A stretch of DNA of 64,000 nucleotides from an uncultured Acidobacteriota bacterium (lineage in GTDB: Bacteria > Actinomycetota > Acidimicrobiia > Spongiisociales > ZC4RG35). Below the pieces are notes generated by a model. That model was given only the letters and a program-made list of their open reading frames with translations. It was not told the DNA's origin and did no database searches. The first letter of the stretch is position 1. Each line of letters opens with the position of its first letter. The stretch lies in assembly GCA_963828465.1 (NCBI GenBank), contig CAWHEU010000018.1, positions 192,001 through 256,000 on the forward strand, in the 5' to 3' direction. Positions 48,622 to 59,119 of the stretch are shown one piece after another. The position numbers were made by a program, and so were the translations under genes.

Positions 48622-49722
48622 TCAGAGACTTATCGGGTTGACGATGTCGAGGACAATCGCCACGAACCCGAGGAAAGCGAACAGCCCGATCACTGCAGCC
48701 GCCACCGGGGCCAGCTTCCGGACATTGGCCTCACGGCCGCTGACCTTTTCGTAGGCGGCGACAGCGAAATGCCCGCCGTCGAGCGGGTAGAGGGGCAGGA
48801 GGTTGATGGTGGCCAGGATCACGTTGACGAAAGCGAGGATCCCGAGAAAGGCGGCGGCCGACTCGGTCTGGGTACCGATGTTGACGATGCCGATCGGGCT
48901 CACGGGCCGGATCTCCTCGTCGACATCGGTGTCGCCCGCGAGAACTCCGAGGTATTGCGCCAGGCTGGAGGGCTTGATCATGTCACCGATCGCCTGGAAG
49001 GTGAACCCGATCCCCTCCCACACTTGGGTCCCGGCCACACCGATGGCGCCGATTATCCCCGGGTCATGCGTCGCGATGACCGGGGCGACCCCGAGGAATC
49101 CGGAACCTTCATCGCGCTCAACCAAGGTGACCTCGAGACTGCGGGGCAGGCCGTCGCGCTCGACCACGACGGTGGTAGGCCCTTCGCCGAGTGCGGTCAG
49201 GGCCTCGGGGACATCAGACCATTCGTCGATGCTGTGGTCGCCGATGGACACGATCACATCGTCAGATTCCAGCCCGCCGGCGGCGGCCGGCGTGGGGACA
49301 GTGTCCTCACCAACCAGGACAGTGGGCACCACTTCGTCGACGATCGGCTGCGGCTCAGAGACGCCGTTGGCGAGCACGATCCCGTAGAACAGAAGGAAGG
49401 CGATGAGGAAGTTCATGCCGACCCCGGCGAGCACGACCACACTCTTCTCCCAGAATTTCTTTTCCCGGTAGGTGCGGCCGATGTCGGTCGGGGAGATCTC
49501 CTCGAGGGGGTTCATGCCGATGATGCGCACATATCCCCCGAGAGGGATCGCCTTGACCCCGTACTCGGTCTCGCCGCGACGCCAAGAGAAGATACGAGGC
49601 CCGAAACCGAAGAAGAACTCGGTCACCTTCATCCCGGTTGCCTTGGCCGCAAAGAAATGGCCGGCCTCGTGGGCGGTGACAAAGAGAATGATGGCTGCGG
49701 CCGCAGCAAAGCCTCCGAGCAT
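48622..49722 (-). CDS. rseP: M50 intramembrane zinc protease with PDZ domain
   Basis: HEAGH, IPLGGYV, NLLPLYPLDGGH. Confidence 0.9.
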   Translation of the reverse strand: MLGGFAAAAAIILFVTAHEAGHFFAAKATGMKVTEFFFGFGPRIFSWRRGETEYGVKAIPLGGYVRIIGMNPLEEISPTDIGRTYREKKFWEKSVVVLAGVGMNFLIAFLLFYGIVLANGVSEPQPIVDEVVPTVLVGEDTVPTPAAAGGLESDDVIVSIGDHSIDEWSDVPEALTALGEGPTTVVVERDGLPRSLEVTLVERDEGSGFLGVAPVIATHDPGIIGAIGVAGTQVWEGIGFTFQAIGDMIKPSSLAQYLGVLAGDTDVDEEIRPVSPIGIVNIGTQTESAAAFLGILAFVNVILATINLLPLYPLDGGHFAVAAYEKVSGREANVRKLAPVAAAVIGLFAFLGFVAIVLDIVNPISL

Positions 49723-49752
49723 GCGGACACGCTACCCGCGAATCGCCGCTAG

Positions 49753-50898
49753 TCAGCAGGCTCCGGCGATAAACGAAGCTGCGATCTCCCGGCCCTCTCG
49801 GTCTGCGGTGATCACATCGTCCACGGTCTCTAGCGTCCGCCAATCCGACGTCTCGAGGGTGGACGAGACCACCTCGGCGATCCCGAGAAAGCCCAGGCGG
49901 CCATCGAGGAAGGCCGCTACTGCGACCTCATCGGCCGCGTTGAGCACCGCGGGAGAAGACCCACCTTCACGCCCTGCCTCGAAAGCCAGGTCCAGGGCTG
50001 GGAACGAGACGGGATCGGGAGCTTCGAACGTCAGGTCCATCCCGGCCAGGTCGAAGGGGCGGGCCAGGGAAGGTGCCCGCTCCGGTGAAGTCAGCGCGTA
50101 TTGGATCGGGATCCGCATGTCGGGTTGGCCCAGGTGGCCCTTCCACGAACCGTCGACGAACTCGACCGCCGAGTGGAGGATGGACTGCGGGTGGATCAGG
50201 ACGGCTATCCGGTCGTATTCGATGTCGAACAGATGATGGGCCTCGATGACCTCCAGACCTTTGTTGAAGAGCGTGGCTGAGTCGATGGTTATCCGGGGCC
50301 CCATGTCCCAGGTCGGGTGGGCCAGGGCCTCGTCTGGCGTCACCCCGGCCAGTGAGTCGGCGGATCGGCCCCGGAACGGGCCACCGGAGGCCGTCAGGAT
50401 CAGACGTGCCACCGATTCCGGCTCCTCGCCGGCGAGGCACTGAAGGAGGGCCGAATGCTCGCTGTCCACCGGGATCAGCTCGCCGCCGTGCTCGGCCAGC
50501 GCCCGCTTCACCACCGGCCCACCGGCCACGAGACTCTCCTTATTGGCCAGCGCGACCCGATTCCCGCTCTCCAGACCTGCCATCGTCGCCCTCAGCCCGG
50601 CCGCTCCGACTATCCCGTTGACAACGACGGTGCCCGGGATACGTGCCGCGTCGATGACCGCATCGGCGCCGAATTCGACGGACCGCCCCACGACACGTGT
50701 GAAATCCTCGCGCTCCTCGGAGGATCCACCCGCCACCAGAACCCGCGCCTCGGGATGGGCCGACGCCAGCTCCGCGAGCTTTGGAGAAGGCGACCTCGCG
50801 GCGAGGGCGGCGATCTCCAACCCGAGGGAGGTGGTCACCTCGATTGTCTGGGACCCGATGGACCCGGTCGCCCCCAGAACGACCACCGGGCGGGTCAC
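49753..50898 (-). CDS. dxr: 1-deoxy-D-xylulose-5-phosphate reductoisomerase
   Basis: LGATGSIG, LANKESLV, PVDSEH, HPTWDMG, NAADEVAV; true start GTG 50898. Confidence 0.96.
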   Translation of the reverse strand: MTRPVVVLGATGSIGSQTIEVTTSLGLEIAALAARSPSPKLAELASAHPEARVLVAGGSSEEREDFTRVVGRSVEFGADAVIDAARIPGTVVVNGIVGAAGLRATMAGLESGNRVALANKESLVAGGPVVKRALAEHGGELIPVDSEHSALLQCLAGEEPESVARLILTASGGPFRGRSADSLAGVTPDEALAHPTWDMGPRITIDSATLFNKGLEVIEAHHLFDIEYDRIAVLIHPQSILHSAVEFVDGSWKGHLGQPDMRIPIQYALTSPERAPSLARPFDLAGMDLTFEAPDPVSFPALDLAFEAGREGGSSPAVLNAADEVAVAAFLDGRLGFLGIAEVVSSTLETSDWRTLETVDDVITADREGREIAASFIAGAC

Positions 50899-52127
50899 AG
50901 CAAACCGAACCCGCGGAACAGGAAGTAGATGGCCGGCGCCACGAACAGGAAGCCGTCGATCCGGTCGAGCATGCCGCCATGGCCGGGGAGCACCGATCCC
51001 ATGTCCTTGACAGCAAGGGAGCGCTTGACCATCGACTCGACGGCGTCGCCCAGGGGCGCGATCACGCCCACGACGGCACCTGCAACCAGGGCCTTGGCGA
51101 TGCCGATGGTCTCCCACGCGGGGAACGTGGCGAGGATCGACGCTACGACAAGGCCGGCGACAAAGCCCCCGATGAGGCCCTCGACGGTCTTGTGAGGAGA
51201 GATCACAGGCGACAGCTTCCGACGGCCGAGGGATCGACCCACGAAATAGGCACCGGTGTCGTTGGCGGCGACCAGAAGGACTACGAACAGGATGTAGGCG
51301 ACCGGGTGGGATCCCTGAGCGATGAGGATGGCGAACGAGAGGAGGCCGACCCAGACCATCCCGCCGATCGTGACCGAGGCGTCCTCCAGGGGCTGGCGTC
51401 GGGGCGACAGAGTAAGGAAGAGGATCGTGACCACGGCAAACGCGGCAGCCCAGCCGGCTATGGCAGCGGCACCGGTCAACTGGGCGCCCACTCCCATGAA
51501 GACGACACCGAGCAGGCCGAACAGGGCAAGTGGGCGGGTCTCCTCGGATCTGACCGTGGCGTAGAACTCGCCAGTGGACACGACCATGGCCAGGATCACG
51601 AAGGCTGCGAACCACCAGCCGCCGAGCAGCAGGCTGCCGAGGAACAAACCGAAGATGACGACGGCGGAACCCACGCGCATGGCCAGATCGCTCGAGGCGG
51701 CCTGTTCGGAAGCCTCGAAGTCCTCTTCGGCGTCGGCACGGGAACCGGTGACGTCCTCGAACCCGACCAGACCGCTGTCGACACCGGGAACCGTGGCCGC
51801 GACAGCCTGCTGCTCCCATTCTTCTTCGGCCGCCCGGCTCACCTCCTCGGCCAAGCCCTGGTACTCCTGGGTGGTCGAGCCGGTGTACTGGTTGGCCTGA
51901 TAGTCATCGAGATTCTGCGGGAAGCTCATCCCCTCGTAGTCGCCCTTGGGCTCGGAGGCCGGGTCATCGTCGACGGCTTCTTCCGGAGCCGCGTCATTGG
52001 CCGACTCGTCCTCCCCCGCATCGTCGTCCTCGAGGAGAGGGGGAAGAGTGAAGACCTCGGCGTCCTCCTCGCCCTCGTCCCAGAGGCGGCTCGGCTCCTT
52101 CTCGTCTTCGGGCGTTCGCTCGCTCAC
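50895..52127 (-). CDS. cdsA: Phosphatidate cytidylyltransferase with long acidic N-terminal extension
   Basis: NDTGAYFVG, ISPHKTVEG, GDAVESMVKR..KDMG..LPGHGGMLDRID. Confidence 0.93.
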   Translation of the reverse strand: MSERTPEDEKEPSRLWDEGEEDAEVFTLPPLLEDDDAGEDESANDAAPEEAVDDDPASEPKGDYEGMSFPQNLDDYQANQYTGSTTQEYQGLAEEVSRAAEEEWEQQAVAATVPGVDSGLVGFEDVTGSRADAEEDFEASEQAASSDLAMRVGSAVVIFGLFLGSLLLGGWWFAAFVILAMVVSTGEFYATVRSEETRPLALFGLLGVVFMGVGAQLTGAAAIAGWAAAFAVVTILFLTLSPRRQPLEDASVTIGGMVWVGLLSFAILIAQGSHPVAYILFVVLLVAANDTGAYFVGRSLGRRKLSPVISPHKTVEGLIGGFVAGLVVASILATFPAWETIGIAKALVAGAVVGVIAPLGDAVESMVKRSLAVKDMGSVLPGHGGMLDRIDGFLFVAPAIYFLFRGFGLL

Positions 52128-52128
52128 A

Positions 52129-52680
52129 TCAGACCTCGAGAAGCTCTTCTTCTTTGTGATTGAGGAGCCGATCGATCTGATCGACGTACCGGTCGGTCAG
52201 CTTCTGCAACTCATCCTCTCCCCGGCGGATGTCATCGTCGGAGATCTCGCCGTGCATCGCCTCCATGTCGGCCTTGGAATGACGGCGGATATTTCGCACC
52301 GCCACACGTCCCTCTTCAGCCATGTTCTTGACCACCTTGATCAGATCTTTGCGCCGCTCCTCGGTCAGCGGTGGGAAGGCGATCCGGATCACATTGCCGT
52401 CGTTGGTGGGGTTGAGGCTGAGCTCGGAGGTCTGCAACGCCCGTTCGATGTCACCCACGGTCGACTTGTCGAAGGGCTGGACGACCAGCAAGCGGGGCTC
52501 AGGCACAGAGATGGATGCGAGTTGCTGCAGGGGGGTCGGCGACCCGTAGTACTCCACGGTTATCCGCTGGAGAAGCTGGGGATTGGCCCGCCCGGTGCGA
52601 ACTGTTGAGAATTCCGAGGCCACGTGGTCGGTGGCCTGGTCCATCTTGTGCTCGGCCTCGGTCAGGAGGTCGCTGATCAC
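52129..52680 (-). CDS. frr: Ribosome recycling factor
   Basis: VRTGRANP, PPLTEERRK, AVRNIRR. Confidence 0.98.
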   Translation of the reverse strand: MISDLLTEAEHKMDQATDHVASEFSTVRTGRANPQLLQRITVEYYGSPTPLQQLASISVPEPRLLVVQPFDKSTVGDIERALQTSELSLNPTNDGNVIRIAFPPLTEERRKDLIKVVKNMAEEGRVAVRNIRRHSKADMEAMHGEISDDDIRRGEDELQKLTDRYVDQIDRLLNHKEEELLEV

Positions 52681-52692
52681 TGTTCCTCCTCG

Positions 52693-53409
52693 TCAGTGGA
52701 TCACGGTGCCGATCTTCTCGCCGTTCACCGCCTTGACGATGTTGCCAGGTGTCGTCATGTCGAACACGACTATCGGCACACCGTGCTCCTTGCTCATCGT
52801 AACGGCGGTGGTGTCCATGACCCTGAGCTCGTCGGAGATGAAGTCCATGTAGGACAGCTCATCGAGGCGCTTGGCGTCGGGATGGGTGGCGGGGTCGGCG
52901 TCGTAGATGCCATCCACCTTGCTCGCCTTGAGGAGAGCATCGGCTCCGAGCTCGACCGCCCGGAGGGCAGCGGTGGTGTCGGTTGTGAAGAACGGGTTGC
53001 CGGTCCCTGCGGCGAAGATCACGACACGCCCCTTCTCCAGATGGCGGATTGCGCGCAGGCGGATGTAGGGCTCCGCCAGCTCCTGCATGGTGATCGCGCT
53101 CTGAACCCGGGTAGGCACGCCGGCCTTTTCCAGTGCGTCGCGAAGGGCGAGGGCATTGATGACGGTGGCCAGCATCCCCATGTAGTCGGCCGATGCCGGG
53201 TCCATGCCCTTGGCTGCCTGGCTCACCCCGCGAAAGATGTTGCCTCCGCCCACGACTACGGCGATCTGGATGTCGTCGGAGTGCCCTTCGGCGATCTCCT
53301 CAGCAACCCTGACGACAGTCAGGGGATCGATGCCGTATCCGATCCCGGGGTCGGCAAAAGCCTCGCCGGACAGTTTGAGGATGACCCTTCTCACCGGGGG
53401 ATTGGACAA
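52693..53409 (-). CDS. pyrH: UMP kinase
   Basis: [25 protein letters not shown]. Confidence 0.98.
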   Translation of the reverse strand: MSNPPVRRVILKLSGEAFADPGIGYGIDPLTVVRVAEEIAEGHSDDIQIAVVVGGGNIFRGVSQAAKGMDPASADYMGMLATVINALALRDALEKAGVPTRVQSAITMQELAEPYIRLRAIRHLEKGRVVIFAAGTGNPFFTTDTTAALRAVELGADALLKASKVDGIYDADPATHPDAKRLDELSYMDFISDELRVMDTTAVTMSKEHGVPIVVFDMTTPGNIVKAVNGEKIGTVIH

Positions 53410-53417
53410 TTCGCCTC

Positions 53418-54029
53418 CTACTCGCCGACGGCGATGCGGGAAACCCTGCGCACCGAGATGTTCTCACCCATCTTGGACGCGAGGCTGCCCACCATGTCGC
53501 CGACAGTGCCGTCGAACCTTTCGGCGTTGACGAATTTCTGGTCGTAGAGGACGTTCTCGGCGAACCACGACTCGATCTTCCCGTCCACGATCCGCTCTAC
53601 GACATTCTCCGGCTTCCCCTCGGCCGCGGCCTGACGTGAGATGAGCTCGCGCTCCTTGGCCAGCGCATCCTGGTCGACTTCGTCACGGGTGACCCACGTG
53701 GGCCGCCCCCAGCTGATGTGCATGGCGATGTCGTTTGCCGTCTGGCGGAACTCGTCGCTCTTGGCGACGAAGTCGGTCTCACAGGCCAACTCCACCAGCA
53801 CCCCCATCACCGGCCGGTCGTTCTGGATGTGGATATAGCTGCCGATGGTTCCCTCGTTGGCCTCCCGTTCGGCCCGCTTGGCCATCTTTGCCTGGCCCCG
53901 CTCCCGAAGCAGCTCGAACGCCTTCTCCAGGTCGCCTCCGGCGTCAGTCAGTGCCGTCTTGGCGTCCATCATCCCGACGCCGGCATCCTGCCTCAGCTTC
54001 TGGATGTCCTTGGCGGTGAACTCAGCCAT
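53418..54029 (-). CDS. tsf: Elongation factor Ts (short form)
   Basis: [35 protein letters not shown]; start reassigned to ATG 54029. Confidence 0.96.
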   Translation of the reverse strand: MAEFTAKDIQKLRQDAGVGMMDAKTALTDAGGDLEKAFELLRERGQAKMAKRAEREANEGTIGSYIHIQNDRPVMGVLVELACETDFVAKSDEFRQTANDIAMHISWGRPTWVTRDEVDQDALAKERELISRQAAAEGKPENVVERIVDGKIESWFAENVLYDQKFVNAERFDGTVGDMVGSLASKMGENISVRRVSRIAVGE

Positions 54030-54864
54030 TTTCGACCGTTTCCGTCTTGGGCTCCGAACCGGCATCGGCTGCCACTGCGGCGGGAGCAGGCTCTTGCTCG
54101 AAGTCCGGAATCGACTCGTCGACCGTGGGCTTGAAGTCCTCGGACTCGTCATCGGGGCTATCACCCTTGGACGCCTTGGCGCCGGCCATCCTCCGCCCTT
54201 CGAGGGCGGCGTCGGCGATGGCGCCCGCGATGAGATCGGCGGCCCGTATGGCATCGTCGTTCCCGGCGATGACGTAATCCACCCGGTCGGGATCGCTGTT
54301 CGAGTCGACGAGGGCGATCACGGGCATGCCGAGACGGGCAGCCTCGGTGACTGCTGTGGCCTCTGTGTTGACGTCGACGATGAACACGGCGTCTGGCGTC
54401 TTCTGCAGATCGACCACCCCACCCAGGTTCTGCTCCAACTTGGCCAGTTCACGCCGCAGCTTCAGACGCTCCTTCTTGGGAAGGTTGTTGATCTCCCCGC
54501 TCGCCTCGAGACGTCGCAGCTCGCGCATGTAGAAGATCCGCTTTTGGATGGTCTGGAAGTTGGTGAGCATGCCGCCGAGCCAGCGATAGTTGACATATGG
54601 CATGCCGGATCGGGTGGCGTGCTCGGCCACAGCGGCCTGAGCCTGCTTCTTCGTGCCGACGAAGAGGACGACACCCCCGTCGGAGGTGAGGTTCTTGACG
54701 TAGTCGGCGGCGGCGGCGGTCTGCTCCACCGTCTGCCGCAGGTCGATGATGTGGATTCCATTGCGCTCCCCATAGATATAGGGGCGCATCTTTGGGTTCC
54801 ACCGGCGGGTCTGATGCCCGAAATGGACACCCGCCTCCAAGAGTTGCTTCATCGAGACAGCCAA
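54022..54864 (-). CDS. rpsB: 30S ribosomal protein S2
   Basis: [35 protein letters not shown]. Confidence 0.98.
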   Translation of the reverse strand: MAVSMKQLLEAGVHFGHQTRRWNPKMRPYIYGERNGIHIIDLRQTVEQTAAAADYVKNLTSDGGVVLFVGTKKQAQAAVAEHATRSGMPYVNYRWLGGMLTNFQTIQKRIFYMRELRRLEASGEINNLPKKERLKLRRELAKLEQNLGGVVDLQKTPDAVFIVDVNTEATAVTEAARLGMPVIALVDSNSDPDRVDYVIAGNDDAIRAADLIAGAIADAALEGRRMAGAKASKGDSPDDESEDFKPTVDESIPDFEQEPAPAAVAADAGSEPKTETVENG

Positions 54865-54975
54865 AGCTGCTCCTTTCTGGTTGTTCCTCCGCCTGCCGGC
54901 GAGTGCCTATCCGATTCACGGATGACCCTCTTCGGGACGCGCCCGACCAGTGAGGGTCAGCAGACGTGTGTGATG
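54865..54975 (-). promoter_or_regulatory. Structured rpsB 5' leader (probable S2 autoregulatory RNA)
   Basis: TACCAT -10 at 54982-54987; helices CGTCTGCTG/CGGCAGGCG and TGACCCTC/GAGGGTCA precede the AAAGGAG RBS. Confidence 0.5.
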
Positions 54976-55002
54976 GGCCGAATGGTAGGAGCGTGAAGCG
55001 CG

Positions 55003-55037
55003 GAACCTAAAACCTAGGGCTTAGAACCTAGAACCTA
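55003..55037. repeat. Five in-phase heptamer repeats (consensus GAACCTA)
   Basis: GAACCTA AAACCTA GGGCTTA GAACCTA GAACCTA. Confidence 0.6.
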
Positions 55038-55814
55038 ACCCCAGGATGGCTCGCCGAGACGATTGCGAAGCGACATCATCGTCTTGGCGTGGATCTGGCA
55101 GACCCGTGACTCAGTGACGCCGAGAACATCACCGATCTCGGCCAGTGTCATGCCCTCGTAGTAATAGAGGGTGACCACGAGCCGCTCCCGCTGAGGAAGG
55201 CGGTTGATGGCGTCGACCAGCCCATGACGTGTCTCCTCGGCCTGGAAAGCGGTCTCTGGCGACACCCCGGTGGGATCGGCAAGCATGTCGCCCACAGACG
55301 TCGACGAGTCGGCCCCGACGAACTCATCGAGTGCTGCGATGCCCGAGCGCCCGATCTCGGCCAGGGCGCCCTGCAAATCGCCAACATCCATCTCGAGAGT
55401 GTCGGCCAGCTCCTGGTCGGTTGGGGCCCGTTGCAGTGTGTGCTCCAACTCGGTGACGGCGGTCTCGATCTGGCGGGCCCTGGAGCGCACCGAGCGTGGC
55501 ACCCAGTCGAGGGCCCGGAGCTCGTCGAGAATGGCTCCCCTGATGCGGTTGATGGCATACGTCTCGAACTTGAAGCCCCGTTCGAGCTCGAACTTGTCGA
55601 TGGCGTCGATCAATCCGAAGAGCCCGTAGCTGGCGAGATCGTTCTGGTCGACCGAGCGCGGCAGCCCGGCTCCGATCCGACCCGCGACGTACTTGACCAG
55701 GGGCGAAAAATGGAGGATCAATCGCTCACGGGCATCGGCGTCGGCCGATGCCTTGAAGCGCTCCCACAGGGCATCGACCTGTCCGGTCTCAGGCCCTCGG
55801 GTGGCTTCGGTCAT
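55035..55814 (-). CDS. whiG: FliA/WhiG-family RNA polymerase sigma factor
   Basis: LVKYVAGR, GLIDAIDKF, RIRGAILDELRALDWVPRSVR, LGVTESRVCQIH. Confidence 0.88.
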   Translation of the reverse strand: MTEATRGPETGQVDALWERFKASADADARERLILHFSPLVKYVAGRIGAGLPRSVDQNDLASYGLFGLIDAIDKFELERGFKFETYAINRIRGAILDELRALDWVPRSVRSRARQIETAVTELEHTLQRAPTDQELADTLEMDVGDLQGALAEIGRSGIAALDEFVGADSSTSVGDMLADPTGVSPETAFQAEETRHGLVDAINRLPQRERLVVTLYYYEGMTLAEIGDVLGVTESRVCQIHAKTMMSLRNRLGEPSWG

Positions 55815-56661
55815 ATGTGCCTCTCAGGTGCTGACGGGTGACGGCAGTGTAGATCTGGGTCGTGGCCAGGTCGGTGTGACCGAGCAGGTCCTGGACCGAC
55901 CGAAGATCGGCGCCGCCTTCGAGGAGATGGGTGGCGAAGCTATGCCGGAGGGCGTGGGGGAAGGTGGCGACTCGCTTTCTGACCACCGATCGGATGCCAC
56001 GCGTGCCCAGCGGTCCGCCCCGCAGCCCCACCCAGAGCGAGTTCCCGGCGGCCGCCCCCGCCAGCTCTGGCCTCCCTTGCCCGAGATAGCGGCGCACAGA
56101 TTCCTGAGCGGGCCTGCCAATCGGGACACGACGGGTTTTCCTCCCCTTGCCGACCACGGTGACCATGTCACCGCCTACGTCGTCGACTGAAAGCGAAGCG
56201 AGCTCGGAGACCCGGAGACCGGTCGAATACAGGGTGTCGATCAGCGCACGGTCCCGTAGTCCTTCAGCGGTCGTGGGATCGATGGTCTCGATGGCATGCA
56301 CCAGGGTCCGGCTCGGTATGGCATGGGGCAGCGGCCTGTCGAGCCGGGGTCGGGAGACGCCCTCGAATGGGTTGACCGTCGCCGAGTTGCGGCGACCTGC
56401 ATCGTTGTAGAAGGAGCGAACGGCAGAAGCTTTGCGAGTCATCGACCTCTTCGAGTAACCCTGAGCGGAAAGGGAGCCGAGATAACGGCGAGCATGCTGT
56501 CGGCGCACTGCGCCAATCGAATCCACTCCTTCGTCTCCGCAGTAGGCGAAGAACTGGGCCAGGTCGCGCCGGTAGGCCTCGAGGGTGTGTGGGGAGAGCT
56601 CTCTCTGATCACGCATGCGATCGAGGTATCCGTCGACGGGCTTGGCGGCCCAATCCGGCAT
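55789..56661 (-). CDS. xerC: Tyrosine recombinase XerC-like
   Basis: SPHTLEAYRRDL, LYSTGLRVSEL, GKGRKTR, PHALRHSFATHLL, LLGH..TTQIY; start at 56661 or GTG 56676. Confidence 0.88.
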   Translation of the reverse strand: MPDWAAKPVDGYLDRMRDQRELSPHTLEAYRRDLAQFFAYCGDEGVDSIGAVRRQHARRYLGSLSAQGYSKRSMTRKASAVRSFYNDAGRRNSATVNPFEGVSRPRLDRPLPHAIPSRTLVHAIETIDPTTAEGLRDRALIDTLYSTGLRVSELASLSVDDVGGDMVTVVGKGRKTRRVPIGRPAQESVRRYLGQGRPELAGAAAGNSLWVGLRGGPLGTRGIRSVVRKRVATFPHALRHSFATHLLEGGADLRSVQDLLGHTDLATTQIYTAVTRQHLRGTYDRSHPRA

Positions 56662-56713
56662 CGGAGGGATCTTCACAGGCCAGATGCTATTGGCGGAGCT
56701 GACCCCGGTCGGG

Positions 56714-57544
56714 TCAACCCGAGCCGGGGAGCACCACATCACCCACCCGGCGTGCCTCTCCCGCGATCTCCATCCTGGCGAGACGGGCAAGGGCCTCGGC
56801 GGGAGTGCACTCCCAGATCGAGGGGAGATCGTCGATGGCCAGGCCTGTTGGCGGGATGATGCCCGTGAGAACGGGCGTTTGGTTGGGCGGCTTGCCGAGG
56901 ATCAGCTCGAGCTCCGCCAGGAGGTCGTCGACTCCGAGGACCGGGAGTGCGCCGTCGCGTATGAGAAGGTTGCACCCGACCGAGGCGGATCGGTCGACAT
57001 CACCAGGGACCACCAGGACCGGACGCCCCATCTCGGCGGCCAGGCGCGCCGTGATCAGCGCCCCGCCCTTCACCCCGGCCTCGACCACCACGACGGCCGA
57101 GGAAATGCCGGCAATGATCCGGTTCCGTGCCGGGAAGCGCCAGCGGTCGGGCCTGGTCCCCGGTGGATACTCGGACATGATCGCCCCGCCTTTGAGCAGG
57201 ATCGACCGATAGAGATCGGCGTTCTCGGCCGGGTAGACGACATCGACACCAGACCCCAGGACCGCCACGGCGCTGCCCTGACCCCGCAGAGTTCCGCGAT
57301 GGGCCGCAGCGTCGATGCCCCTGGCCAGACCACTCACGGTGGTCCATCCCGCCCGGGAAAGGGCGTGGCCGAAGGCCTCGGCCAGATTGAGGCCATAGCG
57401 CGTGCACTTCCTCGTGCCCACGACGGCAACGGCTGGATCGGTCGTGGTAACGCCGAGGACATAGAGAGGTGGAGGATCCTCCAGATCGTGCAGACCCACG
57501 GGGTAATCCGGTCCGTGCGGGACGATCACCCTTAGGTCATTCAT
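56714..57544 (-). CDS. dprA: DNA-processing protein DprA
   Basis: AVVGTR, VSGLARGIDAAAH, FPARNRIIAG, VVVEA; start ATG 57544. Confidence 0.93.
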   Translation of the reverse strand: MNDLRVIVPHGPDYPVGLHDLEDPPPLYVLGVTTTDPAVAVVGTRKCTRYGLNLAEAFGHALSRAGWTTVSGLARGIDAAAHRGTLRGQGSAVAVLGSGVDVVYPAENADLYRSILLKGGAIMSEYPPGTRPDRWRFPARNRIIAGISSAVVVVEAGVKGGALITARLAAEMGRPVLVVPGDVDRSASVGCNLLIRDGALPVLGVDDLLAELELILGKPPNQTPVLTGIIPPTGLAIDDLPSIWECTPAEALARLARMEIAGEARRVGDVVLPGSG

Positions 57545-59009
57545 CCCGCCACTCGCCGCGGAGGCCGACGGCCTCGGCCATGTGGTGCTCCTCGACCTGG
57601 TCTGCTCCTTCCAGGTCGGCAATGGTGCGGGCTACTCGACGGACACGGTCGCCGCCTCGGGCGGTGAGCACCGCGTTTCCGACGGCCATGGCCACCAGAC
57701 GTCGTGCTGCCTTGGATTCCTGCCCATCCCCCGGCTCGAGAAACCGGTTGACCTGCCCCCGTTCCAGCTGGGCGGCCCGCGCTTGCTCGACCCGATGGGC
57801 GACCGAAGCGCTCGTCTCGCCTTTCGGCCCCGAATATTCGGTGGCCTCGACCCGGCCCAGGCGAACGATCAGGTCGAATCGATCGACCAATGGGCCGGAG
57901 ATTCGGGACCGATACCGCCCCAGGATGGCCGGGCGACAGTCACACGGCCGGCGGCCGTCGCCTAAATAGCCACATGGACACGGGTTGGTGGCGGCCAGGA
58001 GCTGAAACGAAGCCGGGAAATCGAGGGAGGAGCCCCGACGGGCGACGGACACGACACCTTCCTCCAACGGCTGGCGCAGCGTGTCGAGATGACTGCGAGG
58101 AAACTCGGCCAACTCGTCTAGAAAAAGGACACCCCTATGGGCGAGGGACGCTTCACCTGGAACGGGATTACCACTGCCGCCGCCGACGAGTGCCGCCTTG
58201 GAGGCGGTGTGATGGGGAGCACGAAAAGGTGGCGTGACGACCAAGCCCCGGCGCCGGCCCGCCGCAGCCCAAAGCATCGCCGTCTCAACCGCCTCTGCGA
58301 TCTCGAGTGGTGGGAGGATGCCAATGATCCGCCGGGCCAACATGGTCTTGCCCGATCCCGGCGGCCCATGCATCAGCAGGTGGTGGCCGCCGGCCGCCGC
58401 CACCTCGAGTGCCCGCCTCGCCATCGGCTGGCCCCTGATATCGGCGAGGTCAGGTGCCCGCTCCTCGGACGTAGGGACACCGGGTCGTGCCGGCTCGACG
58501 GTCCCCAGACCTCCCCTGAGAAGGTCCACCGCGTCCGCCAGGCTGGCGACCCCATACGCCGTGGCCCCGGGGATTGATGCCGCCTCACCGACGACGGCGG
58601 TGGCGACCAGGCACGGCACGTTCTGCCTGGCACTCAGCACGCCGGCACCGAACGCGTGGGATCCCGCTCTGACAGCGCCGTCGAGCGCAAGCTCGCCGAC
58701 GACGACAGCGTCGCGGAGCGGCGGGATCTCCTTGCTGGCAGCGAGGATGCCCAGGGCGATCGGGAGGTCGTAGTCCGTCCCTCCCTTGGGAAGGTCGGCC
58801 GGGGCGAGGTTCACCGTGACCGTCCGATTGGGAAAGCGGATCCCGGCCGAGGCGACCGCCGCCCTAACCCGATCTTTTGCCTCTCGCACCGCGGTGTCGG
58901 GGAGACCGGACAACTTGAATGCCTCGCTCTGACGCCCGACATGGGCTTCGACGCGGACAGGTCGCGCCTCTCCCCCCACGAGGGCCACCGAAGTGGCTGC
59001 CGCGTACAT
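57537..59009 (-). CDS. comM: YifB/ComM Mg-chelatase-like AAA+ ATPase
   Basis: GLPDTAVREA, NLAPADLPK, GPPGSGKTMLA, LFLDELAEF, NPCPCG. Confidence 0.92.
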   Translation of the reverse strand: MYAAATSVALVGGEARPVRVEAHVGRQSEAFKLSGLPDTAVREAKDRVRAAVASAGIRFPNRTVTVNLAPADLPKGGTDYDLPIALGILAASKEIPPLRDAVVVGELALDGAVRAGSHAFGAGVLSARQNVPCLVATAVVGEAASIPGATAYGVASLADAVDLLRGGLGTVEPARPGVPTSEERAPDLADIRGQPMARRALEVAAAGGHHLLMHGPPGSGKTMLARRIIGILPPLEIAEAVETAMLWAAAGRRRGLVVTPPFRAPHHTASKAALVGGGSGNPVPGEASLAHRGVLFLDELAEFPRSHLDTLRQPLEEGVVSVARRGSSLDFPASFQLLAATNPCPCGYLGDGRRPCDCRPAILGRYRSRISGPLVDRFDLIVRLGRVEATEYSGPKGETSASVAHRVEQARAAQLERGQVNRFLEPGDGQESKAARRLVAMAVGNAVLTARGGDRVRRVARTIADLEGADQVEEHHMAEAVGLRGEWRDE

Positions 59010-59119
59010 GGCCCGAACGTACGAGAGGCCTGGGGTCGTTGGAAGGGGTGCGTGCCGAAGTACGCGACTAACCGTTAGGTCAGGTTTACCGTCTTCCCGG
59101 CACGTTGGTGCCGATCGTC

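Noticed and set aside
49753-51819. 688-aa giant Dxr fusion
   Set aside because: The extra ~307 aa is an alternative frame inside cdsA; Dxr motifs begin at GTG 50898, overlapping the cdsA stop.
55789-56661. Prophage or island integrase
   Set aside because: It sits in the conserved dprA-xerC-rpsB housekeeping context, with no att repeats, tRNA or phage genes.
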